Assembly: GCA_958267355.1 (NCBI GenBank)
Contig: OY279575.1
Coordinates: forward strand, 540,335 to 604,334
Reading direction: 5' to 3'
Origin: an uncultured Alphaproteobacteria bacterium
GTDB lineage: Bacteria > Pseudomonadota > Alphaproteobacteria > JALCBB01
DNA: 64,000 nt
The notes below the pieces were generated by a model that was given only the letters and a program-made list of their open reading frames with translations, searched no databases and was not told where the DNA came from. Made by a program: the position numbers and the translations under genes. Numbering within the stretch: position 1 is the stretch's first letter; each line of letters starts with the position of its first letter. Shown piece by piece: positions 40,695-49,714 of the stretch.

Positions 40695-41138
40695 ATGAGC
40701 GACCAAGCCAAAGGGGAAATGACTGGCTCCTGTGTCTGCGGAGCTGTTGCCTTCCGCACAACAGGCGGAGCCCATCCGATGAGTTGGTGCCACTGCACCC
40801 TGTGCCGCAAATACCACGGCCACGCCCTAGCCGCCGTTGCTGTTCCCAACGATAAGATTGAGTGGAAAGCAGGAGCCGAAGATTCCATCCGCTGGTACCA
40901 CACTTCCGATACAGGACAACGCGGTGGCTGTGCCAAATGCGGCTCGGCTCTGTTCTTTCGGAGTCTCGGCGAAGACCATATCTCCATCGCCGCAGGAATT
41001 TTAGATAATCCAACGCAGCTTGAAACCCGCGACCACATCTACACCGCCGACAAAGGCGATTGGTATGCACTAGAACCCGATAACGCACCCCGCTACGAAC
41101 AAGATTGGCCAAGCGAAGCCCATCCCTATAAGGGCTAA
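40695..41138 (+). CDS. GFA-family (glutathione-dependent formaldehyde-activating / CENP-V-like) protein
   Basis: Zinc-binding cysteine pattern GSCVCGAV ... CHCTLC ... CAKCGSALF. Confidence 0.82.
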   Translation: MSDQAKGEMTGSCVCGAVAFRTTGGAHPMSWCHCTLCRKYHGHALAAVAVPNDKIEWKAGAEDSIRWYHTSDTGQRGGCAKCGSALFFRSLGEDHISIAAGILDNPTQLETRDHIYTADKGDWYALEPDNAPRYEQDWPSEAHPYKG

Positions 41139-41176
41139 TAAAAGCTACGCACTACGGGCTGGGGCAGAAACAAAGC

Positions 41177-41968
41177 CTAATCAGGCAGTACATCTTTTTT
41201 GGGCAGACGGGAGAAGAAACGGTCTGTCCAAGCGGGGGGCAGGGTGGCAAGAAACCACACCACATAGTACAGGCGACGCGGAAAGCCAATACGAGCTTTG
41301 TTGCGAGCCAATCCGCGTTGAATGAAACCCACCGCCTGCTCAGGACGCAACAAGAAAGGCATCTTGTAGCTGTTTCTGTCCGTCATCGGTGTCGCCACAT
41401 AGCCCGGACAAATCACCGAGAGCCGAACCCCCGACCCTACCAAAGCCCCGCGTACAGCTTCGCCCCAGACCCGCACAGCAGCTTTACTGCCACTATAAGC
41501 CGCTGAACCTGGCAGTCCGCGAAACCCCGCCAGAGATGAAATTATGGCGATCTGTCCGTGGCCGCGTGGCTCCATTAGGCGGACAGCTGTTTCCACCGTA
41601 TAACGCACACCATCTACATTGGTGGCGAAAACCTTTGCCGATTGCTCTCCTGACTCAATACGGCTTTCTGTGCCACCCGTGCCAGCAGATATTCCTGCAT
41701 TGGCAAAGACCAAATCCAACGGGCTTTTGCCATCGCAAGCGGTAACCCATTCACGCACCGCCGTAGCATCGGTTACATCAAGGATTCCGCCTTCGGCTTC
41801 AGCTCCCTTGGCTTGGCATTCAGCAACAACTGCCGCCAGCCTTTCAGAATTGCGTCCAGACAAAAACAAACGCACACCCGAAGCGGCATAGCCCAAAGCA
41901 ATGGCTCTGCCGAGTCCGCTACTGCCACCTGTTATCAAAATGGTTTTCGCTGGGGCTACGCGGGTCAT
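41177..41968 (-). CDS. SDR-family oxidoreductase
   Basis: TGGSSGLGRAIA Rossmann motif and the catalytic YSGSK pattern. Confidence 0.88.
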   Translation of the reverse strand: MTRVAPAKTILITGGSSGLGRAIALGYAASGVRLFLSGRNSERLAAVVAECQAKGAEAEGGILDVTDATAVREWVTACDGKSPLDLVFANAGISAGTGGTESRIESGEQSAKVFATNVDGVRYTVETAVRLMEPRGHGQIAIISSLAGFRGLPGSAAYSGSKAAVRVWGEAVRGALVGSGVRLSVICPGYVATPMTDRNSYKMPFLLRPEQAVGFIQRGLARNKARIGFPRRLYYVVWFLATLPPAWTDRFFSRLPKKDVLPD

Positions 41969-42654
41969 GGCTTGTGTCCTAACTTGTCAACAAAGTCCGC
42001 CAAGCCCTGCTGACGAATACGCCGATTGCGCTCCACCTGCAGAATCGTATGGACTTGCTGTACCGTGCGCTCCAAATCTTCATTGACGATGACATAGTCA
42101 TATTCGTTCCAGTGAGTCATCTCTTGTAAAGCCATCTGCAAACGCCGTTGAATATCGTTTCCGCTTTCACGGGCGCGTTTATGGAGTCGCTCTGAAAGAA
42201 TTTCAAAACTCGGAGGCAAAAGAAACAGCGAACAAGTTTCTTGCGGCAACTGCCCACGGATCTGCTTCGCACCTTGCCAATCAATATCAAACAGAACTGA
42301 AATTCCTTGGGCGAGTTTTCCTTGTACTTCTTGGCGTGGTGTGCCATACAAATTGCCGAAGACACTGGCGGTTTCCAAAAACCAGCCTGCTTCTTCACGA
42401 TGGCGAAATTCGGCTTCGTCTAGAAAGTAGTAATCCTGTCCGTCTGTTTCGCCCTTGCGCTGCGGACGAGTCGTAGCAGAAATAGACAAAGCCACCGAGT
42501 CAGCTTCTTGCGTTTCAGCTTCTTGCAAAATCCGCCGTGCCACCGTGGTCTTGCCGCCACCCGAAGGAGAAGACAGAACAAAGCAGAGTCCGTGGCTAGA
42601 CCAGTGCCTAGACCCCTGTCCAAGCATAGGAGCGGTAAAAGATTCTTTCGTCAT
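41965..42654 (-). CDS. gmk: guanylate kinase
   Basis: P-loop SPSGGGKTT and ISATTRPQRKGE.DGQDYYF. Stop overlaps the SDR start (ATGA). Start ambiguous among 42684, 42654 and 42627. Confidence 0.88.
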   Translation of the reverse strand: MTKESFTAPMLGQGSRHWSSHGLCFVLSSPSGGGKTTVARRILQEAETQEADSVALSISATTRPQRKGETDGQDYYFLDEAEFRHREEAGWFLETASVFGNLYGTPRQEVQGKLAQGISVLFDIDWQGAKQIRGQLPQETCSLFLLPPSFEILSERLHKRARESGNDIQRRLQMALQEMTHWNEYDYVIVNEDLERTVQQVHTILQVERNRRIRQQGLADFVDKLGHKP

Positions 42655-42753
42655 AGAGTGCCTAGCATATAGCCCACAGGACACAATTGCGCCAATTGGC
42701 GCACAATTGCGTCAATTGGCGGGGCTTTAGTCCTTCAAGGCTCACAGCTTCGG

Positions 42754-43632
42754 CTAGGGCGCAGGAATACGCTCCGCCAAGACCCGTGCCATAGCACAGA
42801 AATCCGCCAGCGAGACTTCTTCAGCCCGCTCTGTGCCTTCTAGGGCAGTGGCTTCCAGATAGGGCTCTGCGCCGTCAGGCAAGCGCGCCAGGGCGCGGCG
42901 TAGCATCTTGCGGCGTGTACCAAAGGCGGCGCGGGTAATCGCTTCCAGCGTCGCTAAGGACGCGCTGTGGAGCGGTTCTAGACGCGGAGCTAACCGCACC
43001 ACCGCCGAATCAATCTTCGGAGCTGGGGTAAAGGCTCCACGCCCCACCTTGAAGAGCCGCTCGCTGACACAAAGCCATTCACACAAGACCGATAGCCTGC
43101 CGTAGTGGGCTTCACCCTGCCTGCTAAGAATCCGCTGTGCCACTTCTTCTTGGAACATCAGCACAAAGCCGCTTGCGGGTAGGGGCTTTTCTTCTTGGTG
43201 GGCGGTGGCGATTTCTCCGAGCCACAGGGTTAAAAGCTTGGTAGATATGTTGTAGGGCAAATTTCCCACAACCAGAAAAGCCCGATTATCATTCCGCTCA
43301 AGTGCCAGAGTCGTAAGCGGTGTACGAAGTGCATCCGCCTGTACAGCAACAAGGCGCGGATCAGCTTCGCCAAGCTCCGCCAACTTAGGCAAAAAGCGTT
43401 TGTCGCGTTCTAGGGCGATAAGCCGTTTGACTCCGCTCGCCAACAAAGCTTCTGTCAGTCCGCCAGGGCCTGCACCGATTTCCAACACGGTTTGCGTGCC
43501 GCTTGTCGCAATCGTTTCCTCGGCAAGCCGACGCAAGATCGCAGGGTCGTGCAGGAAGTGTTGCCCGAGCGACTTCCGTGGTTGGGGTGTTGTACTAGGC
43601 ACCGTGGATAAAACACACCTTAAACGAAACAC
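42754..43632 (-). CDS. rsmA: 16S rRNA (adenine1518/1519-N6)-dimethyltransferase
   Basis: LGQHFLHDPAIL, VLEIGAGPGGLT and NLPYNIST motifs. Confidence 0.9.
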   Translation of the reverse strand: MFRLRCVLSTVPSTTPQPRKSLGQHFLHDPAILRRLAEETIATSGTQTVLEIGAGPGGLTEALLASGVKRLIALERDKRFLPKLAELGEADPRLVAVQADALRTPLTTLALERNDNRAFLVVGNLPYNISTKLLTLWLGEIATAHQEEKPLPASGFVLMFQEEVAQRILSRQGEAHYGRLSVLCEWLCVSERLFKVGRGAFTPAPKIDSAVVRLAPRLEPLHSASLATLEAITRAAFGTRRKMLRRALARLPDGAEPYLEATALEGTERAEEVSLADFCAMARVLAERIPAP

Positions 43633-43695
43633 ATCCTAGACAAAGCACACTTTAAACAAAATACACTTTAGACAAAGCACACTTTAGACAAAACA

Positions 43696-44727
43696 CTAGC
43701 GAACAGCGCGTGTCTGCGCCACAGCATTAGCAAGATTAAGTGCGGCAATAAAGCTTTCAGGACGCGCCGTGCCTTTCCCCGCCAAAGAAAACGCCGTGCC
43801 ATGGTCAGGAGATGTACGGACAATCGGTAGCCCCAAACTGATTTGACAGCCACTCCAAAAGTCTAAAGTTTTTAACGGGATTAAGGCTTGGTCGTGATAC
43901 ATCGCCAAAACCGCATCGTAGCTACGGCGGGCTTCTTCGTGAAATAGCGTATCGGCGGGGAGCGGACCCACAGCAGGAATTCCCTGTTCGTTCATAGCGG
44001 CAACGGCAGGGGCAATGACTTCTTGTTCTTCTCCGCCAAAGCTACCGCCTTCCCCCGCATGCGGATTCAAAGCCGCAATCGCAATTTTTGGACTAGCAAC
44101 ACCAAAGTCTTGTTGTAATCCTGCATGCAAAATCTTTGCCGCCGAAATAATCGTATCGGCAGCTAAGGCTTCACCAACTTTTGACAAAGGCAGATGCACC
44201 GTTACAGGCGCAACTTTCAATTCCTGCGAGACAAACAGCATTAAGGCTTCAGCGTCTAGGCGGGCTTCAAGCCAGTTGGTGTGCCCTGGGTAGGGAAAGC
44301 CAATTTCTAACAAGACACGTTTTTGAATTGGCAAGGTGACAAGTCCGCGCGTGGCGTTTCTGCGGGTTAGGTCTAAAGCTGTTTCTAAGGAATCAATTAC
44401 CGATTGTGCTGTCTGCACAGACGCTTCGCCTAAAGTGACACTAGCTTCTAGCGGACAATCCACCACCAGAAGGCTCGGGTCTTCGTCATCAGCAAGCAGC
44501 AGATCAGGCTGGTGCGTACTATCTTCAGCAGCAAGAACTTTAAGCGACAAGTCAATCTGCAAAAGGTGTGCGCGGGCGCGCAGGGTTTCAGCGTCTCCGA
44601 CAACAACATAGCGCGGACAAAGCCCACGATTGGCAAGGCGGGCTTGCCAAACATGCACCGCAAGGTCAGGACCAATTCCCGCAGGCTCGCCTAAGCTAAC
44701 CGCAAGCGGACGCAAATCAGCAGGCAC
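43696..44727 (-). CDS. pdxA: 4-hydroxythreonine-4-phosphate dehydrogenase
   Basis: PdxA family (SLGEPAGIGPDL...GHTNWL...NPHAGEGG). Confidence 0.9.
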   Translation of the reverse strand: MPADLRPLAVSLGEPAGIGPDLAVHVWQARLANRGLCPRYVVVGDAETLRARAHLLQIDLSLKVLAAEDSTHQPDLLLADDEDPSLLVVDCPLEASVTLGEASVQTAQSVIDSLETALDLTRRNATRGLVTLPIQKRVLLEIGFPYPGHTNWLEARLDAEALMLFVSQELKVAPVTVHLPLSKVGEALAADTIISAAKILHAGLQQDFGVASPKIAIAALNPHAGEGGSFGGEEQEVIAPAVAAMNEQGIPAVGPLPADTLFHEEARRSYDAVLAMYHDQALIPLKTLDFWSGCQISLGLPIVRTSPDHGTAFSLAGKGTARPESFIAALNLANAVAQTRAVR

Positions 44728-44738
44728 AGAAGCCTTCC

Positions 44739-45992
44739 CTATTCAGAAGCGGTTTCGCGTATAGAAATTTGCGCCACACGCCGTAGCCTACGCAACGCGT
44801 TGCGAACAATGGAATTCAATTGCTCGTTGACAAGGGTATTGTGCGCGGCTTGCCATTCAGCACTGCCCTTGTCAGGCGGACAAAGCACATAGGCAAGTGT
44901 CGTGCCGTCTTGCTGTCTCGCAGGAAGAGTCGGCACACCTGCCGTAGCGTCTCTGATTGCCGCCTGAATGTTGGTGGATAGGTCAGCACGGCGAATAGCT
45001 CCTAGATTGGCAGAAAGCGGACTTGTGCCTTCTTGTTCGGCTTGCCGTGCCGCAAAGTTACGCGCCGCACGGCAGTTGTGAATCTTAGACAGGGCTTCGT
45101 TGATCTCTTCTTCTTCTACATTGACAGTCCACGCTAGGCGGACAAGGTGAATGGTTTTCGCTTCCTCACGGCGTGACTCGCGCAAAAGCAAAAGCGATAA
45201 CCCATTACGCTCGCGCAAGGGCTCGGTGATATCTCCTGCAAAAAGCCCCTGCAGAGCCGCATGGCGGGCAGGGCTTAAGTTTGACTCACGCACCCAGCCA
45301 ATTTCTCCGCCCACCGAAGCCGTAACCGAGCTGGAAAACTGCCGCGCCAGATCATCAAAAGTTGCTTCTCCCGATAAAGCAGAACTACGGAGTCGCTCCG
45401 CCGCCTGACGGGCTTCAGGCAAATCACTCGGACTGACCACAGGCAAAAAGATTTCAGCCAGCCAATAGGCAGGTTCATTTTCTTCATTCAATGCCCGCGA
45501 AAGATATTCTTCCACCGAACTTTCCGAAACCGTCGCTTCGGGTACATAGCGTTGGCGAATAACTTCATTCCACAAAAGTTGCACTTCTAAACTATCCCGC
45601 AAAATTTGTGCAGGCACACCTTGGCTTTCTAACTGCAAGGTAAAAGCTTCTGCTGACAGCTGATTGCGGCGGGCAATTTCTGTAAGGGCTCCGTTAACCT
45701 GTTGGGGGAGAATTGTAATTCCTAAATCTTGTGCGGTTTCTTTTTGAATCCGCTCTTCAATTAGTTGCTCTAAGACACGCCTTTGTAGGTCAGCCCGCAC
45801 TGCAGGTGTGTCCGACAAACCCGAGGCGACAATTCCCATACGCACCCGCAAGGATAAATCCTGCTCGGTAATCGGCAGGTCATTAACCACAGCCACCACC
45901 GATTGCGCAGAAGCCACACCCACAGCAGGCAAGCCCAAAGCCGTAGGAAGTGCCACGCCAACCACAAGGACAAGGAAAAATAGAAAACGCAT
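44739..45992 (-). CDS. surA: SurA-family periplasmic chaperone / peptidyl-prolyl isomerase
   Basis: Signal peptide, SurA N-domain-like region, and its place in the conserved lptD-surA-pdxA-rsmA gene order. Confidence 0.75.
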   Translation of the reverse strand: MRFLFFLVLVVGVALPTALGLPAVGVASAQSVVAVVNDLPITEQDLSLRVRMGIVASGLSDTPAVRADLQRRVLEQLIEERIQKETAQDLGITILPQQVNGALTEIARRNQLSAEAFTLQLESQGVPAQILRDSLEVQLLWNEVIRQRYVPEATVSESSVEEYLSRALNEENEPAYWLAEIFLPVVSPSDLPEARQAAERLRSSALSGEATFDDLARQFSSSVTASVGGEIGWVRESNLSPARHAALQGLFAGDITEPLRERNGLSLLLLRESRREEAKTIHLVRLAWTVNVEEEEINEALSKIHNCRAARNFAARQAEQEGTSPLSANLGAIRRADLSTNIQAAIRDATAGVPTLPARQQDGTTLAYVLCPPDKGSAEWQAAHNTLVNEQLNSIVRNALRRLRRVAQISIRETASE

Positions 45993-46035
45993 AAGCCTAT
46001 TGATAGCAAAAGTTTCAGAAAAAAACCGCGCGGGG

Positions 46036-48342
46036 CTAATCTGCTCGCGCTCCCAGTAGGGGTTTTAGGTCTATCACAAAGAAAACTCCACGGTCTTTCT
46101 CTATGTTTTCGGGCGTGCCTGTGTACTTTTGAAAGAATCCAACATCTAGGCGTAGGCAGTCATCTTCGTAGATAAACACACTTTCCACACGCCGCGTTTG
46201 GTTTGCCGCAGTATCGCGAATGAGTCCAAGCTCGCTAGACAAATTATCATAGAGCGGAAGAGAAAAACGCAAATTAACTTCTTCACGATGGGCTAGGTCT
46301 TCAGGGGGGGGTCTTTCTAAGCCATAAAAATACCCAAGCGTTGCGTGTAATTCATCTTCCCTGCCAACGCGCAATTCAGAGTCGTGTAAGTTAATACGCG
46401 GCGACTCTTCGTCAATCCGCAAGACAGAGTCGAGAGCAATCCACTGATCCCACTCGGCGTTGAACGTTGTAACCCAATCCGTGCGCTTTTCTGCAAACCC
46501 TGCGTAGCGTCGCTTTTCTTGACGGTATTTATTCAAATAAGTACTTTGCCCCAAAAAAGTAGAAAAACCGCGTTGCTCAGAAAAGCGACTTGTCCAGCTG
46601 GCTCCGTAATCAATGCGCGAGCCTTCTTCACTCCTATCAGACCCTGGATAGCGATTGATACGAAAAAGTCGCGCTCTATCTAACGACAAGCTTTGACTCT
46701 CCTCGTTGGGAATATCTTCACGCTCAGGGGAACCCGCCACAGTAACCAACTGAACCCTTGGCTCAAGTAGATGCAAAGCCCGTGTTCCATCCACAGCAGT
46801 AGAGCCAGCGTTTTGCCCTCTAGCCACCACCAAGGGCATACGCCAGCCAAACGCCGCACTTGTATAGCTAACCAAAACCGCGTGTTGTTCTCCACTTGCC
46901 CCCGCCGCCGATTGCGACAAACCCCTTGACGCCAAAAACGCCGCCCGTGAGAAAGAATAGGCACTACTTTGCAGTACGACTTGCCCATCCCAGATATGCC
47001 CGCCCTTGGTGGTAATCGTACGACGCACCGACGGACGCAAACTTATACGGCGACTGTTCCCAAGATTTTTACGGTTTAAGATCCGCGCACTGGCATGAAG
47101 CTCAGGATAAAACCCCCGCTTAGGTGTACCAAACCAATACCAATCGGCTTGCGGCAAAACCACAGGCTGACGAATTTCTTGCGTCGCAATAGATAACGAC
47201 TCTTCGCGCAGGTTTTGATAGCCAATTGTCCGAAGCCGTAAGTACGTGTTGCGTCCGAAACGCTCTAGCCAGCCACGTTGCGAAAGCTGTGCCGCAGAAG
47301 AACGCACACGATATTCACGCAAATACCGCTTGTCACTCGCACTATCAATAGAAACACCAGCCCGCCAACGTTTGTTTAAGTCGCTCGTTGCATCAAAAAA
47401 TACATAGCCACGGTTACGACGGTTTAAAAAATCTCCTGTCGGAGTCTGCGGCTCAGAGCGCGTAAATTGTCCCTGCAAAAATATATGCTCGTGGCGGGTA
47501 CTATGCTCCAAATCTACGCCCAGTCCAGGCCCGCGCTTGGTCGCCAGAAAGGGATGTAACTCCAAATTGGTGTTCGGCTGTAAATTAACAAAATACCGCA
47601 GAAGCGTGAATTGTCCGAGATATTCATCAGCACGAATTTCAGGAGCCAAAAACCCTGTCCGCCGCTCTACAGTCGGATCCGGCAAGGAAATATATGGCGT
47701 AAAAAGAGCAGGAATACCAAAAAGCTTTAACCGCGCATTATGATAACGAACAACACCACGATCTTGATCCCAAGTCGCACGATCCGCATGGAGACTCCAA
47801 CTCAGCTCGTCTTCGCCTTCCAAACCCGTCGGCACGGAATCATCCGCCAGCGCACTAAGCCTGTCACCGCCTTTGGCCTGTGAATCAGCACAACGACACG
47901 CACTATAAGAAATATTGTCCAAGTGCATCTGTCGCGCACCTGTTGCATCTTCTTGCAAAATTGTCTCCCCCGCGAAGATCTGCGAGTCGTCCGACAGAAA
48001 GCCAAAAATCTGTGCCGCTGTGCCTGCCGAAAAATCATCCTGCACAACAAGCTGGTCGGCGTAGTATCTATCTCCTTCAGCCGTAGAAACCACTCCGCCT
48101 GGACTCATCGTTAAGATTCCGTTTTCTAAGTCGTAAAGAATTTCATCAGCCGTGATGGTGCGTCCATTCCAAGAAACCCGTGCCCCACCCGTAGCACGAG
48201 CAAATTTCTCGTTTTCTTCATAGACCAACTGCCCAGCTTCCAAACGCAAGGGAGAGCTTTGCAGATCCTGCGCCCTAGCAAGCCCCGAACCAGTCAAGAC
48301 CACAAAGACACAAAATACAGCCGTACACAGAAAACGAGCCAT
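46036..48342 (-). CDS. lptD: LPS-assembly protein LptD
   Basis: OstA/LptD-like large beta-barrel protein with signal peptide. Start ATG 48342 overlaps the lptG stop by 1 nt. Confidence 0.82.
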   Translation of the reverse strand: MARFLCTAVFCVFVVLTGSGLARAQDLQSSPLRLEAGQLVYEENEKFARATGGARVSWNGRTITADEILYDLENGILTMSPGGVVSTAEGDRYYADQLVVQDDFSAGTAAQIFGFLSDDSQIFAGETILQEDATGARQMHLDNISYSACRCADSQAKGGDRLSALADDSVPTGLEGEDELSWSLHADRATWDQDRGVVRYHNARLKLFGIPALFTPYISLPDPTVERRTGFLAPEIRADEYLGQFTLLRYFVNLQPNTNLELHPFLATKRGPGLGVDLEHSTRHEHIFLQGQFTRSEPQTPTGDFLNRRNRGYVFFDATSDLNKRWRAGVSIDSASDKRYLREYRVRSSAAQLSQRGWLERFGRNTYLRLRTIGYQNLREESLSIATQEIRQPVVLPQADWYWFGTPKRGFYPELHASARILNRKNLGNSRRISLRPSVRRTITTKGGHIWDGQVVLQSSAYSFSRAAFLASRGLSQSAAGASGEQHAVLVSYTSAAFGWRMPLVVARGQNAGSTAVDGTRALHLLEPRVQLVTVAGSPEREDIPNEESQSLSLDRARLFRINRYPGSDRSEEGSRIDYGASWTSRFSEQRGFSTFLGQSTYLNKYRQEKRRYAGFAEKRTDWVTTFNAEWDQWIALDSVLRIDEESPRINLHDSELRVGREDELHATLGYFYGLERPPPEDLAHREEVNLRFSLPLYDNLSSELGLIRDTAANQTRRVESVFIYEDDCLRLDVGFFQKYTGTPENIEKDRGVFFVIDLKPLLGARAD

Positions 48343-49487
48343 CAAAGACGCTCCGAGCGCGAGAGAGCAGCAACAGACAGCAAAGCACAAATCACTAATG
48401 GGCCCCAAATAGCAGCCAGCACAGGCACTTGCCGCGTGAGTCCGAGCGAGCGCATTAGATCAGAAAATCCGTGCAATAGAAGTAAGCTTCCTGCGACAAA
48501 CAAAAACCACTGCAGACGGCGATTCCGCCGCCACGGATAAAGCGAAAACACAGAAGCCAGCAAAGCAAAAACCAAAAGCCGAGCTGGCGTAGCTAGAATT
48601 TCGTGATAGCGATAGGTAAGCGGATGAGTCCCAGAACCCAAGTTATGACGCGCTTCAATCAAAGCAGGCAAACGCCACAGCGAAGTCGTTTCAGGAGCAT
48701 GATCACGACGACGCAAAGCCGCGGGTTCAACTGTGCTAGGCAAACGCAGCTCGGGCAGGGCAGAAGCCTGTGCGCCAAGCGGCACCGAGGAAACATTTTT
48801 CAGCAGCCACGAACCGTCGCGCAGGGAAGCTTCGCGGGCGGATAGGTGCTTTGCAATCTGCCCTTCGGACACCGTGATAACGGTGACTCCTTCTAGTGTG
48901 GTGCCGTCTGCGGAAGCTCGTTCGGCACGAATAAAAATTCGTTGCGCAGGAGTCTCTAAAGTGTCGCGTTGCATAAGCCAGAAACCTGCCTGCCACGCAC
49001 TGGTGTGAAGTGCAAACAAGTTAGACTGCAACCCTGCCGCAACTTGTTGCTTGCGCAAAGTAGAAGCCGCCGCCAGCGGATTTAACACAACGAAGGTTGC
49101 AATTCCCAAGAGTAGAGTTGCTACAAGCACAGGAGCCAGAATTTGCCGATCGGATAGTCCGTGCGAACGCAGGGAAGTCATTTCTCCGTGGTGGTGCAGG
49201 GAGATAAAAAAGTGAATCACTGCAAGAAAAACGATAAAGGGCAGAATGCTCTCCAAAAGAGCAGGCACAGCTAGGACAGCAAGCCACAAAACTTGCGTGA
49301 GTGCTGTGCCGCTGGCGGCTCCGTGGAGTTCATCAACGAAGGCCAGCAATAGCAGTAGGCCTGACAGGACTCCGATAAACAGCCCGCAGGACAGCAGAAA
49401 AAGCCGCGCCTGATAGAGCCACAGAGTGCCACCAAGCTTGCGCCGTGTAGGCACAACTTCAGACGGAGCTATAGAGGCAAGTGACAT
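48342..49487 (-). CDS. lptG: LptF/LptG-family LPS export permease
   Basis: YjgP/YjgQ permease architecture (TM helices at both ends, periplasmic beta-jellyroll). Start at ATG 49487. Confidence 0.78.
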   Translation of the reverse strand: MSLASIAPSEVVPTRRKLGGTLWLYQARLFLLSCGLFIGVLSGLLLLLAFVDELHGAASGTALTQVLWLAVLAVPALLESILPFIVFLAVIHFFISLHHHGEMTSLRSHGLSDRQILAPVLVATLLLGIATFVVLNPLAAASTLRKQQVAAGLQSNLFALHTSAWQAGFWLMQRDTLETPAQRIFIRAERASADGTTLEGVTVITVSEGQIAKHLSAREASLRDGSWLLKNVSSVPLGAQASALPELRLPSTVEPAALRRRDHAPETTSLWRLPALIEARHNLGSGTHPLTYRYHEILATPARLLVFALLASVFSLYPWRRNRRLQWFLFVAGSLLLLHGFSDLMRSLGLTRQVPVLAAIWGPLVICALLSVAALSRSERL

Positions 49488-49539
49488 AAAAATTCTCGCA
49501 GGCGTTTGCTTGAGCCTTCGGGGCGGGCGGGGAGTGGTG

Positions 49540-49680
49540 CATTTGCGTAGTTTAAAGTATGATTGGACTATAGCCCACTGGAGCGCATTGAAATCCACTG
49601 GGAAGCCCACTGGTAAGCCTACTGGGAAACCCACAGGGAAGCGCCCACTGGTAAGCTCACTGGGAGACACACAGAAACCG
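49540..49680. repeat. 12-bp tandem repeat (CCCACTGGTAAGC-like, ~6 copies) in the lptG/pepA divergent region
   Basis: Direct reading. Confidence 0.85.
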
Positions 49681-49714
49681 TAGCAATAAATCCAAGATTC
49701 GGAGGGAAACCCGT

